32,000 bases of DNA from Vibrio vulnificus CMCP6 (GCF_000039765.1 NC_004459.3:3196104-3228103); one strand, 5' to 3'; numbered from the stretch's first letter, positions 1-11,511 are shown. Numbers and translations are program-made. Notes: generated by a model not told the origin, from the sequence alone.

Positions 1-290
1 TCGACCACCGATTGCTGTTTGCCGGCTCCATGAACTGGGATCCTCGTTCGGCTTTGCTCAACACCGAAATGGCAGCAGTGATCGAACATCCTGATTACGT
101 TCAATCGTCAGAAGCCAAATTGCCTATGGGTTTAGAAACCAATGCCTATCAGGTGCGAATGAAAAACGGTGAAGTGGCTTGGTTTGATCACCAATCTCAA
201 GTTTGGTTTGATTCCGAACCGGAAGCCACGGTATGGCGGAAAATCGGCGCTTGGTTTGCTGGCATTTTACCCATTGAAGAGCAACTTTAG
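1..290 (+). CDS. Phospholipase D superfamily / cardiolipin-synthase-C-like protein, 3' end only (the 5' part lies outside the window)
   Basis: The frame is open from base 3. It translates DHRLLFAGSMNWDPRSALLNTEMA, the GSxNxDxRS segment that follows the second HKD motif in PLD-family enzymes. The stop is TAG at 288-290. Confidence 0.7.
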   Translation, partial: DHRLLFAGSMNWDPRSALLNTEMAAVIEHPDYVQSSEAKLPMGLETNAYQVRMKNGEVAWFDHQSQVWFDSEPEATVWRKIGAWFAGILPIEEQL

Positions 291-313
291 CCCTAACTAG
301 CAATGCCGCATCT

Positions 314-1228
314 TTAAATTTCGCGGCTCTCCATGGCGCTGCTTGATACAACACGGTTTTTGCCACTCTTTTTGCCTTGATACATTGCGGCATCAGCTTG
401 GCGAATGACGTGATGAAACGAGAGTGCACCTTGATTGCATGCGACTCCGAAGCTTGCGGTGAAGTGGTAAGCACCCAGCGTACCCTTCGATTCATTGAAC
501 TCATCTTGAATACAAGCGGCCAGATCGTAGGCACGTTTGGCATCAAAGTTCGGCAGTAAGATCAGGAACTCCTCCCCACCCCATCTTGCGCAGTAACCAT
601 GCTGCCCAATGACTCTGCGAGTAATCTCAGCGATTCTCACTAAAACTTCGTCTCCGACATGATGCCCATATTGGTCATTGATAGTCTTGAAATCATCGAT
701 ATCAAACAAAATCAGAGCAAAGTTCCCTGACACTTTCCCCGCCATATCGGCAAGATAGCGGCGGTTGACCAATCCCGTCAGTGCATCGGTGGTCGCCATT
801 CTTTTTAGTTGTTCATTTTGTTCGATCAATGCGCGCTGCAATGTCACCAAACCCGCATGAGTGCGAACTCTGGCCAACACTTCCATCACCTCGAAAGGCT
901 TTTGAATATAATCGACACCACCGATCTGAAATGCGCGCACTTTATCTTGAACATGATCTAAGGCGCTGAGAAAGATCACCGGGATATCTTGTGTCGAGGG
1001 ATCCTTTTTTAGCTGTCGACACAGTTCATAGCCATCCACCTCTGGCATCATGATGTCGAGCAATATCAAATCAGGTTTCTTTTTTTGGCACATGCGTAAT
1101 GCACTCTTGGCACTCAAAGCGCCTTTCACCAAATAACCTTCGTTTTGCAGCAACTGACTTAAAAGCTTGACGTTATCAACGGTATCATCAACAACCAAAA
1201 TTTCCGTATTCGATGGTTCTACTTTCAT
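314..1228 (-). CDS. Response regulator with a diguanylate cyclase output (REC-GGDEF)
   Basis: 304-aa ORF with ATG at 1228. The N-terminal receiver has ILVVDD and the phospho-acceptor context LILLDIMMP. The C-terminal GGDEF domain has the active-site motif RWGGEEF. There is no RxxD I-site five residues upstream (GQHG instead). Confidence 0.9.
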   Translation of the reverse strand: MKVEPSNTEILVVDDTVDNVKLLSQLLQNEGYLVKGALSAKSALRMCQKKKPDLILLDIMMPEVDGYELCRQLKKDPSTQDIPVIFLSALDHVQDKVRAFQIGGVDYIQKPFEVMEVLARVRTHAGLVTLQRALIEQNEQLKRMATTDALTGLVNRRYLADMAGKVSGNFALILFDIDDFKTINDQYGHHVGDEVLVRIAEITRRVIGQHGYCARWGGEEFLILLPNFDAKRAYDLAACIQDEFNESKGTLGAYHFTASFGVACNQGALSFHHVIRQADAAMYQGKKSGKNRVVSSSAMESREI

Positions 1229-1266
1229 CTGCTTTCATTGCGACGCTTTTCCCGCAATGCCCTTTT

Positions 1267-3417
1267 TTATTCTTGAAATAACTCGTAAAGCTCATCAAAT
1301 TGATAGTTCTCTACCAAGCTGTTTAGACGGGTGCGAACCTCACTGTTCGCTATCGTTTGTTCGAACAAGTAATAGAGCTCCTGCTGCTGCCCTTGCTCTA
1401 TCGCTTCAACAATATCTTGAGTCGACTCGTGGGTTAAATCATCCAAAAAGCTCAGATCCAAGTCATCGAAGGATGTGTTCTCTGCCTCGTCTTGCCTCTG
1501 TTCATAGTCATACTCGAGATCGAGATGCTTCTTCATCATGTAAAACAAATCTTGCGGCATAAACGGCTTACGCGCAAAATCGTCCATACCTGACGCTAAC
1601 ATCTCTTCTATCTCGTCATTAAAGACACTGGCGGTCAAGGCAACAATTTTTACCTGGCTGTTCTCTGAGGCGGCACGGATTTCTTTCGTCGCTTGCAAGC
1701 CATCTTTTTTCGGCATACGACGATCCATCCAAATAAAATCAGGGCCCCAACTCTTATGCAGAGCAACCGCTTCTTCGCCGTCTCTGGCCAGTTTGACGGT
1801 AAAGCCCGCTTCCTGCAAAAGCGTGGCAAGCAACGTCTGGTTGTCTAGCTGGTCTTCTGCGATCAAAATCTTAGGACTGAATGAACCACTTTTTAACCCT
1901 AAGACTCTGGGCAAATTCGCAGGCTTGTTTTCAACCAAATGCTCACTGGTTTCCATCACAAGACTGAATGAGAAAGTAGAGCCTCGATGAAGCTCACTTT
2001 TGAGCACCAATTGGCCTCCCATCAGTTCGACAAACTGCTTACTGATGCTCAATCCCAGCCCTGTGCCATTTTGCGTAATATCAGAATCCAGTTGCTCAAA
2101 AGGTTGGAAGACGCGTTCTTGGTTTTCTTCACTAATACCAATGCCCGAATCACTCACTTCAAACGTTACTTTGTGCTGGCCATTTTGCAAAGCCTCGCTG
2201 GCAATGTTTAAACGGACATTGCCTCGATATGTAAATTTAATCGCATTTCCCAGCAAGTTGATCAGCACTTGTCGCGTTTTCACGACATCACCTAATACAA
2301 AATGCGGTACTGAATCTTCAACGCGGCAGTGCAATGTCAGTTGCTTTTGCATTGCCTTCATCTGCATGAGGTCATTAATCTCTTCAGAAACTTCTCGGAA
2401 ATTAAACCACTTGCGCTCTACTACACTATGGCCAGCGTCGATCTTTGACATGTCCAACACATCGTTGATCAGCGATAACAGGTGCTCACCAGAGCGGTTA
2501 ATGATTTCGAGATATTCGTGGTGTTTTGCAGTTAAGCGTTGATCGCACTTCATCAACTGCGTATAGCCCAACACGGCATTCAACGGTGTGCGAAGCTCAT
2601 GGCTCATGTTGGCTAAAAAAATCGATTTTGCACGGTTTGCCACTTCCGCTTTGTCTTTGGTTTCAGAAAGACTCTGTTGCAGGCGCTTGAGTTTATCGAT
2701 ATCAACATGGATGCCGTTCATGCGCACAGGGACACCATCTTGATCGCGTTCGAACACTCGCCCAAGATCTAAAATCCATTTCCACTGACCATCACCGCAA
2801 CGTACGCGAAACTCGGCATGGTAGAGCTCCGTCTCACCGTCTAAATGGGCTTGAATCTTATCTGTGGTTTCAGCCACGTCATCAGGGTGAACGATTTCAG
2901 ACCATTTTTCGATGCCATTGATGATCTCAGAAAACAGAGCATCATCAGCAAACAAATGATTAGGTTCGAGTTTTTTCTGTGTCGCCCACGTTTTATTGCC
3001 AAAGATACAGCCCGTTGACGGATTGAAATCCCAAATGCCCAAATTCGCGCCTTGAGCAGCAAAGTCAAGCCGTTCAATGTCACGACGTAAGCGGGTATTT
3101 TCGTCCCTGAGCGCATCATCACAAACGGCTTCTTGTAACCATAAATCGAAACCACCTTGCGTTCTTGGGCTTGCCGAAAGCGTCCAATGCGTCGCGCGGG
3201 TAGACATGATGCTGAGTGGCGGGGATTGAGCGGAAAGCTGCTTTACCCATTCATAAAAGATTCGACTGGGATGAACGCACGTGAGTGCTTCCCCTACCAT
3301 CAAGGGTTGATGCCAAAGCTCACAAGATTGTGCTTGCTGGTTATACGCTTCAATCCATCCTTCTTGAGTGATTGAAAGCCAACCAATGGGAAGCGTTTCG
3401 GGACAAATCGTTATCAT
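1267..3417 (-). CDS. Cytoplasmic hybrid sensor histidine kinase (PAS-like, PAS, HisKA, HATPase, REC, C-terminal acidic tail)
   Basis: The H-box is MSHELRTPLNAV. N/G boxes are NLLGNAIKFT, DSGIGI and GTGLGLSI. The receiver has KILIAEDQ and FIWMDRRMP. I see no hydrophobic membrane segment. The ORF track begins at a TTG (3435). I prefer the ATG at 3417 because AAGGGA lies 6 nt upstream; the ATG at 3423 is also possible. Confidence 0.85.
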   Translation of the reverse strand: MITICPETLPIGWLSITQEGWIEAYNQQAQSCELWHQPLMVGEALTCVHPSRIFYEWVKQLSAQSPPLSIMSTRATHWTLSASPRTQGGFDLWLQEAVCDDALRDENTRLRRDIERLDFAAQGANLGIWDFNPSTGCIFGNKTWATQKKLEPNHLFADDALFSEIINGIEKWSEIVHPDDVAETTDKIQAHLDGETELYHAEFRVRCGDGQWKWILDLGRVFERDQDGVPVRMNGIHVDIDKLKRLQQSLSETKDKAEVANRAKSIFLANMSHELRTPLNAVLGYTQLMKCDQRLTAKHHEYLEIINRSGEHLLSLINDVLDMSKIDAGHSVVERKWFNFREVSEEINDLMQMKAMQKQLTLHCRVEDSVPHFVLGDVVKTRQVLINLLGNAIKFTYRGNVRLNIASEALQNGQHKVTFEVSDSGIGISEENQERVFQPFEQLDSDITQNGTGLGLSISKQFVELMGGQLVLKSELHRGSTFSFSLVMETSEHLVENKPANLPRVLGLKSGSFSPKILIAEDQLDNQTLLATLLQEAGFTVKLARDGEEAVALHKSWGPDFIWMDRRMPKKDGLQATKEIRAASENSQVKIVALTASVFNDEIEEMLASGMDDFARKPFMPQDLFYMMKKHLDLEYDYEQRQDEAENTSFDDLDLSFLDDLTHESTQDIVEAIEQGQQQELYYLFEQTIANSEVRTRLNSLVENYQFDELYELFQE

Positions 3418-3668
3418 TGCCATTCCCTTGCTCAATGCCCTTCGAGGACATTGTCCTTTGATTGCTTGCTTTTGTTAACGAGGAGTGCGAAGACCTAACG
3501 CCCACCTTCAGAGTAAGGCCATCTCCATTCGTTATTGTGCAAAACATCATCGTACTAAACATATGAGCGTACGCTTATTTAATTAATTCAAATTTATAGT
3601 GAAAGTTGATGCATAGCACACTTTGTCAAAACAACGTTTTCGAGCAAACATCTTGGCACGAATATGCA

Positions 3669-4607
3669 TCAATCTGGTGTAGAACGATACACATCGAACG
3701 CCGCGTTGAGCAGTTGCAAATGCAGTGGCACCAGCGCTTCATGATCCGTTCGATATCCACCACCTACCACCGCGGCAACCGGGATCGCATTAGCTTTGGC
3801 CTGCCCAAAGAGAAAAGCGTCACGTTGATACAAAGCGTCGGTGGAGACGTTGAGATATCCCAGCTCATCTTCATGATGAATGTCGACACCGGCATCGTAG
3901 ATAATGAGATCCGGTTGATGGAGACGTATCGCCATCGGAACCACCTCTTTAAACGCCGCAAGAAACGCCTCATCACCGCACTCTCTTGGCAAACCAATAT
4001 CGAGATCAGAGTCCGGCTTACGAGCAGGAAAATTCTTATCACAATGGAAAGAAAGCGTCACAATGTCGTCGCGCCGTTGGCATAAAGTGGCCGTGCCATC
4101 GCCATGATGCACATCGCTATCGATGATCAACACTTTGTCGACGCTGCCGTGTTCCAACGCTTTATGTGCAGCCATCACGAGATCGTTGAACAAGCAAAAA
4201 CCGCTGCCATAGTCGAAATGGGCATGGTGATAGCCGCCACTGAGATGAATCGCAACGCCATGTTGCAACGCTTTTTCCGCTGTCAGCACAGTGCCTGCGG
4301 TTGAGGTTAACGTGCGTTCAATCAGTTTTTCACTCCAAGGAAAACCAATTCTGCGCATTTTCGCCGCAGGCAATAGGCCCGTCGTCAGCAGATCCACATA
4401 TTCTTGTTGGTGAACTTGCTTAATGGCTTCAATCGATAACGCTTCTGGCTGATAAAAAGCAAATGCCTGCTGCCACTCGAGATGCTGTTGCTGATATCGA
4501 CACACCGCTTGATAAAGATGGTGATATTTCATGATCGGGTAACGATGCCCCTCTGGCAGGGGCAACTGAGAGTAGATTGGGTGATAGATCAGAGGAATGC
4601 TCATCAT
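3669..4607 (-). CDS. Histone deacetylase-family (HDAC/AcuC-like) zinc amidohydrolase
   Basis: 312-aa ORF carrying the HDAC catalytic signatures GGYHHAHFDYGSGFCLFND and DSDVHHGDGT. Its ATG lies 5 nt after the topB stop codon. Confidence 0.85.
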   Translation of the reverse strand: MMSIPLIYHPIYSQLPLPEGHRYPIMKYHHLYQAVCRYQQQHLEWQQAFAFYQPEALSIEAIKQVHQQEYVDLLTTGLLPAAKMRRIGFPWSEKLIERTLTSTAGTVLTAEKALQHGVAIHLSGGYHHAHFDYGSGFCLFNDLVMAAHKALEHGSVDKVLIIDSDVHHGDGTATLCQRRDDIVTLSFHCDKNFPARKPDSDLDIGLPRECGDEAFLAAFKEVVPMAIRLHQPDLIIYDAGVDIHHEDELGYLNVSTDALYQRDAFLFGQAKANAIPVAAVVGGGYRTDHEALVPLHLQLLNAAFDVYRSTPD

Positions 4608-4612
4608 GGGGT

Positions 4613-6583
4613 TTAAGCCGACTTGTTGGTTCTTTTTTGGGTCGCGGTTGACGCCGTTTTCTTGCTGCTACTGGTGCGTCTCTTGCGCTTAAACTCTGGG
4701 CGCTCCACTGGTGGCAGTTGACGCAGCGAGCTCGGCACGGGTGATGTTTTGACCTGCTGCATTAATTCCGAAATACGCTGTTGCAAGGCAGCCATAAATG
4801 GCTGGTAGGCTTGGTTGCGTTCAGCCATGCCTTGCAATTGGTGCTCCCAGTGAGCCGTCATATCCGGATAAGTTGATTCTTGTGGCAACGCATGGATCAA
4901 CCCTCTCCCTGCTGGAGTACTAAGAATGGCTTTGCCTTGTCGAGAGAGTAACTGACGTTTAAACAGAGTATCGAGTATGCCCGCCCTGGTCGCTTCCGTA
5001 CCTAATCCGTCGGTCTCTCTTAAGATTTTTTTCAGTTCTTTATCACTGACGTAACGTGCAATTCCCGTCATCGCCTGCAATAAGGTCGCTTCGGTAAAGT
5101 GCTTTGGCGGCTCGGTTTTACAGTCTTTGATTACCCCTTCTCGACAGGTAAGCACAGTGCCTTTCGCAAGGGGTGGTACGGTATCTGCCCCATCCTCTTC
5201 TTTTTCTGTTGCTCCCGTGAGTGCTTTCCAACCAGCGAACGTCAATTGGCGACCTTTCGCAATAAAGACACCACCAGCAATCTCAAACACCAGTTTGGCT
5301 TCAGCGTATGTGGCAGCGGGATAGAACTGCATCAAATACTGTCTGGCGATCAATTGATAGATCTTCATTTCGTAGCCAGACAGCGCGTTAACACTGGCTT
5401 GTTTCGGCGTGGGGATAATCGCATGGTGGGCTTCGACTTTGCTGTCGTTCCACGCTTTCGATTTTAAAGAAAGATCAGCGCCACTCACCGCATCGGCCAG
5501 CTCTTTCGCATTGTTGGCAATGGCTTGGCTGACACTGGCGGCCTGCGCATAATGTTCTTTAGGAAGATAACGGTTATCCGAGCGTGGGTAGGTGATCAGT
5601 TTGTGCTTTTCGTACAGTGACTGACACGTATCCAGCACCTGTTGTGCACTCATACCATAGCGTTTAGCCGCATCAATTTGCAGCGCCGACAGCGAATAAG
5701 GCAAAGGCGGGGCTTGCTTGGTCTGTTTGTGTTCCGATTCCGTCACGGTAGCAGGTTGATTGGCAATACGACTGGCAACATTTTCCACCAGTTTACGACT
5801 CAAGACTCGCCCTTCTTCGTCTTGCCAAGGTTGGCAAGCTTCGCTCGGTTTCCAACGTGCTTTGATGTCAAACGGTTCACTGCCATTCTGATAAGGGATC
5901 AGCGCGTGAAGAGTGAAGAAATCACGCGGAACGAAATTCTCGATTTCCTCATCACGGCGCACCACCAGCCCCAATACCGGCGTTTGTACTCGTCCGACTG
6001 ACAACACACCTTGATAGCCTGCTTTTTGCCCCAGCAAAGTGTAAGCGCGTGACATATTCATGCCATAAAGCCAATCAGCCCGTGAGCGTGCCAGTGCAGA
6101 AACCGACAGTGGGATGAAATCACGATTGCTGCGCAGACTATTCAACGCACGCTTAACTGCAGGCAGGTTGAGATCGCTGATCAACAATCGCTGGGTTTGT
6201 GCTTTTTTGGTTTGGCTCAGTTTGCAGTAATCCAGCACTTCATCCACCAGCAATTGCCCTTCTCTGTCAGGGTCGCCTGCATGGATCACTTCACTTGCTT
6301 CTTTTAGCAGCTTGCGAATCACGGTCAATTGTTTACTGGCCGATGGACGTGGGCGCAGTTGCCATTGCTCAGGGATGATGGGCAAATCCGCCATATTCCA
6401 TTTTTTATAACGTTCGTCGTAAGCATCTGGCTCAACTTGCTCCAGCAAATGTCCAATACACCACGTCACGATGTCACCATTGCCACAGCGAATAAAGCCT
6501 TGTTCTTTCTTTTGAGGATTGGGCAATGCGGCAGCAATCGCGCGGCCTAAGCTGGGTTTTTCAGCGATAAACAGACGGGTCAT
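4613..6583 (-). CDS. topB: DNA topoisomerase III
   Basis: The Toprim N-terminus is [17 protein letters not shown] and the active-site tyrosine context is LITYPRSDN. Length is about 656 aa and the C-terminus is basic. The track ORF starts at a TTG (6610); the ATG at 6583 matches the canonical Topo III N-terminus. Confidence 0.95.
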   Translation of the reverse strand: MTRLFIAEKPSLGRAIAAALPNPQKKEQGFIRCGNGDIVTWCIGHLLEQVEPDAYDERYKKWNMADLPIIPEQWQLRPRPSASKQLTVIRKLLKEASEVIHAGDPDREGQLLVDEVLDYCKLSQTKKAQTQRLLISDLNLPAVKRALNSLRSNRDFIPLSVSALARSRADWLYGMNMSRAYTLLGQKAGYQGVLSVGRVQTPVLGLVVRRDEEIENFVPRDFFTLHALIPYQNGSEPFDIKARWKPSEACQPWQDEEGRVLSRKLVENVASRIANQPATVTESEHKQTKQAPPLPYSLSALQIDAAKRYGMSAQQVLDTCQSLYEKHKLITYPRSDNRYLPKEHYAQAASVSQAIANNAKELADAVSGADLSLKSKAWNDSKVEAHHAIIPTPKQASVNALSGYEMKIYQLIARQYLMQFYPAATYAEAKLVFEIAGGVFIAKGRQLTFAGWKALTGATEKEEDGADTVPPLAKGTVLTCREGVIKDCKTEPPKHFTEATLLQAMTGIARYVSDKELKKILRETDGLGTEATRAGILDTLFKRQLLSRQGKAILSTPAGRGLIHALPQESTYPDMTAHWEHQLQGMAERNQAYQPFMAALQQRISELMQQVKTSPVPSSLRQLPPVERPEFKRKRRTSSSKKTASTATQKRTNKSA

Positions 6584-6600
6584 AACAAATTTTTCGAGCT

Positions 6601-6636
6601 CAACAAACAAAGGGCCACATTAGCGGATGTGGCCCT
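6601..6636 (-). terminator. Rho-independent hairpin after ydjA, immediately before topB
   Basis: A perfect 10-bp stem, AGGGCCACAT (6611-6620) with ATGTGGCCCT (6627-6636), has a 6-nt loop. It is followed on the minus strand by TTTGTTTGTTG. Confidence 0.7.
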
Positions 6637-6652
6637 TAAAAATCAACAAAAA

Positions 6653-6668
6653 CTGTATGTATAGACAG
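6653..6668. promoter_or_regulatory. LexA (SOS) box candidate upstream of topB
   Basis: aaCTGTATGTATAGACAGtt matches the gammaproteobacterial consensus TACTGTATATATATACAGTA at 16 of 20 positions, and both CTGT/ACAG arms are intact. On the minus strand it overlaps a possible -10 (TATACA) with TTGTTG 16 nt upstream. Confidence 0.5.
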
Positions 6669-7217
6669 TTATAGATACTCAACAAATTTAGCCAGATCAC
6701 GCTCTGGCACTTTCATCGCAGAACATTCTGCGCTGCCCAAGTAGAGGAAGCCCACAATGGCATCGTCTCCCTGTAAGCCAAACGCTTGTCTCACTTCCGT
6801 ATCGAACATCCATTCACCCGAACGCCAAAAACCTTGGAATCCTTGAGCCACAGCCGCCATTTGCATTGCTTGCACAGCACAACCCGCGGAAAGATGCTGT
6901 TCAAATGCCGGGACTTTTTCACTCTCGGTCACTTTCGCAATCACGGTGATCACCATCGGCGCACGAAATGGGGCATTTTTCACTTTTTCCACCACCGATT
7001 CTTCACTGCCTTTGGCCTGTGCCGCCTTCACTAGGATGTCTGACAACTTCTGCAGGCCAGAGCCTTGCGCGATGACAAAGCGCCAAGGCGTCAGCGCGCC
7101 GTGATCTGGGGCTCTTAATCCCGCACGAATGATATTTTCAAGTGCTTTGCCTTCTGGGGCTGGAGCGGCCAATTTACCAATAGAACGACGATTAAGTAGA
7201 AGATCGAGAGCGTCCAT
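6669..7217 (-). CDS. ydjA: NAD(P)H nitroreductase, YdjA-like
   Basis: 182 aa. It begins MDALDLLLNRRSIGKL and contains DHGALTPWRF, both typical of the small YdjA nitroreductase family. It lies next to topB and near sppA, as in E. coli. Confidence 0.8.
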   Translation of the reverse strand: MDALDLLLNRRSIGKLAAPAPEGKALENIIRAGLRAPDHGALTPWRFVIAQGSGLQKLSDILVKAAQAKGSEESVVEKVKNAPFRAPMVITVIAKVTESEKVPAFEQHLSAGCAVQAMQMAAVAQGFQGFWRSGEWMFDTEVRQAFGLQGDDAIVGFLYLGSAECSAMKVPERDLAKFVEYL

Positions 7218-7327
7218 CCAAGAATCCTTATAGTGGTATCGATTTGCGTTTACACTTTAGCATAGTTCACTACGCCATATAACCGCCTGTTTATTGTGGA
7301 AATTCACGATTTACGCAAGAACTGCTC

Positions 7328-7356
7328 AAACAAAAATACCGCGAATCACTTCGCGG
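7328..7356 (-). terminator. fadH intrinsic terminator
   Basis: The stem is CCGCGAA (7339-7345) with TTCGCGG (7350-7356), and the loop is TCAC. On the minus strand it is followed by TATTTTTGTTTG. Confidence 0.75.
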
Positions 7357-7390
7357 CATTTTTTATGTTCAAACCTTCAACCTTCACCGA

Positions 7391-9418
<2,028 letters not shown>

Positions 9419-9424
9419 TTATTA

Positions 9425-9441
9425 TCGTGGTCAGACCAGAG
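9425..9441 (-). promoter_or_regulatory. FadR-type operator upstream of fadH
   Basis: The minus strand reads CTCTGGTCTGACCACGA. The palindromic core TGGTCnGACCA matches the E. coli FadR consensus (CTGGTCnGACC) as I recall it. It lies 22-38 nt upstream of the fadH ATG and overlaps a possible -10. Confidence 0.55.
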
Positions 9442-9648
9442 TATGAGCTCTTATCTAAAAAATCAAACATGCGTTTACATTTTTGTAACACCGATCAATC
9501 TTAAGTGAGCTATGCCATTTGGATTATTTGCGTGTTAAGCTTTGATAACTGTTATCTTTTGCATGACTTATTGATGGCGTTGGTGCCAGTTTGGCGATCA
9601 TATCGATCTTTCATGTGAATGGTTGAGGCATCTCGTTACGGAGAAACA

Positions 9649-11499
9649 ATGAAATCATTATTCAAACTCATCGGTTTGGTTTTTAAAGGAATATGGAAAG
9701 CCATTACCTTTGTGCGTCTCGCACTCACCAACCTGATTTTTCTACTGTCTGTTGCGCTCGTTTACTTTGTCTATTTCTACGGCCATGACACTCAGCCTCA
9801 GGTTGAGCAGCCTTCCGCATTGGTGCTAAACCTATCCGGCCCTATCGTCGAACAAAGCCTTTATATCAATCCGATGGATTCTTTCACCAGCTCATTGTTT
9901 GGTGAAGAAATTCCTAAAGAGAACGTGTTGTTTGATGTCGTGGACACCATTCGCTACGCCAAAGACGACGAGAAGATCACTGGTTTGGTGTTGTCGTTAC
10001 GCGATATGCCTGAGACCAACCTCACCAAGCTGCGTTACATTGCCAAAGCACTCAATGAATTCAAAGCCTCGGGTAAGCCCATTTACGCCGTCGGCGCTTT
10101 CTATAATCAAAGCCAATACTACCTTGCTAGCTACGCCGATAAAATTTATCTCGCGCCTGATGGCGGGGTAATGCTGAAAGGCTATAGCGCTTTTAATCTC
10201 TATTACAAAACGCTCCTCGAAAAGCTCGATGTGACAACGCATGTTTTCCGTGTTGGCACTTATAAATCTGCGATTGAGCCGTTTGTACGTGATGATATGT
10301 CACCTGCTGCTAAGGAATCTGCGACACGTTGGTTAACGCAACTGTGGGGCGCTTTCGTGGACGATGTGGCGAATAATCGCAACATCGACCCAAAAACACT
10401 CAATCCTTCGATGGAAGAGTTTTTGTCTCAGTTGAAATCCGTCAACGGCGATCTCGCGGCCCTTTCCATCAAACTTGGTTTGGTCGATGAGCTCGCAACT
10501 CGCCAACAACTGAGAGCGCAACTAGCCGAGAAGTTTGGCGCGAGCGGGGATGACAGCTACAAAGCCATCAGCTACTACGACTACCGAGCAACCATGCACG
10601 ATAACTTTGATGTGAATGCCGATGATATTGCCGTTGTCGTCGCCAGCGGCACCATCATGGATGGTCAACAACCGCGTGGCACAGTGGGCGGCGACACCGT
10701 TGCCGGATTACTGCGTCAAGCTCGTAATGATGACAAAGTAAAAGCGGTGGTATTGCGTGTGGATAGCCCCGGAGGCAGCGCATTCGCTTCGGAAGTGATT
10801 CGTAACGAAGTTCAGGCGTTAAAAGACGCTGGCAAGCCAATTGTGGTGTCCATGTCTAGCCTAGCTGCATCCGGCGGATATTGGATTTCCATGAGCGCGG
10901 ATAAGATTATTGCTCAACCCACCACGCTTACTGGCTCGATTGGTATTTTTAGCGTCATTACTACCTTTGAAAAAGGCTTCAATAAACTCGGTATCTACAC
11001 TGATGGTGTCGGTACATCGCCATTCTCTGGTGAAGGCATCTCGACAGGTCTTTCAAAAGGGGCGTCACAAGCCTTCCAAATGGGCATTGAACACGGTTAC
11101 CAACGTTTTATCAGCCTAGTCGGTGATAATCGCGATCTGTCATTGGACGCAGTGGATAAAGTGGCTCAAGGCCGAGTGTGGACCGGCTACGATGCACTGC
11201 AACACGGTCTGGTTGACCAAATCGGCGACTTCGATGACGCCGTTGCTGAAGCGGCAAAAATGGCTCAACTAGAGAACTACAACCTTTACTGGGTCGAAGA
11301 GCCGCTCTCACCGACTGAGCAGTTTATCCAAGAGTTTATGAAGCAAGTGAAAATCTCTATGGGCGTCGATATTCAAAGCATACTGCCACCGAGCTTACAG
11401 CCTGTCGCCCAACAAATGGAGCAGCACGCTTCGCTGTTGCAAAATTTTAACGATCCGAAAGGCTACTACGCCTTCTGTTTGAACTGCGAAGTGCAGTAG
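9649..11499 (+). CDS. sppA: Signal peptide peptidase SppA (protease IV, 67K type)
   Basis: It has an N-terminal membrane anchor and duplicated ClpP/crotonase-like halves, with the catalytic-region motif SMSSLAASGGYWIS. I chose the ATG at 9649 because GGAG lies 6 nt upstream; the track ORF starts at 9619. Confidence 0.9.
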   Translation: MKSLFKLIGLVFKGIWKAITFVRLALTNLIFLLSVALVYFVYFYGHDTQPQVEQPSALVLNLSGPIVEQSLYINPMDSFTSSLFGEEIPKENVLFDVVDTIRYAKDDEKITGLVLSLRDMPETNLTKLRYIAKALNEFKASGKPIYAVGAFYNQSQYYLASYADKIYLAPDGGVMLKGYSAFNLYYKTLLEKLDVTTHVFRVGTYKSAIEPFVRDDMSPAAKESATRWLTQLWGAFVDDVANNRNIDPKTLNPSMEEFLSQLKSVNGDLAALSIKLGLVDELATRQQLRAQLAEKFGASGDDSYKAISYYDYRATMHDNFDVNADDIAVVVASGTIMDGQQPRGTVGGDTVAGLLRQARNDDKVKAVVLRVDSPGGSAFASEVIRNEVQALKDAGKPIVVSMSSLAASGGYWISMSADKIIAQPTTLTGSIGIFSVITTFEKGFNKLGIYTDGVGTSPFSGEGISTGLSKGASQAFQMGIEHGYQRFISLVGDNRDLSLDAVDKVAQGRVWTGYDALQHGLVDQIGDFDDAVAEAAKMAQLENYNLYWVEEPLSPTEQFIQEFMKQVKISMGVDIQSILPPSLQPVAQQMEQHASLLQNFNDPKGYYAFCLNCEVQ

Positions 11500-11511
11500 A
11501 AGTAAGAAGTG

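Noticed and set aside
124-546. A 140-aa minus-strand ORF overlapping the PLD fragment and the 3' end of the REC-GGDEF gene
   Set aside because: It overlaps two better-supported genes in other frames or strands and has no motif or RBS.
1267-1560. C-terminal tail of the hybrid kinase as an Hpt domain
   Set aside because: It has no HxxKG phospho-histidine motif. The single His (LTHEST) lies in an acidic, non-Hpt context. I therefore left it unassigned rather than calling it Hpt.
2000-2542. A 180-aa plus-strand ORF, with neighbours at 1793-2211, antisense to the histidine kinase gene
   Set aside because: It is a shadow ORF within the HATPase/REC coding region. It has no RBS or motif and its composition (Ser/Cys/Phe-rich) does not look protein-like.
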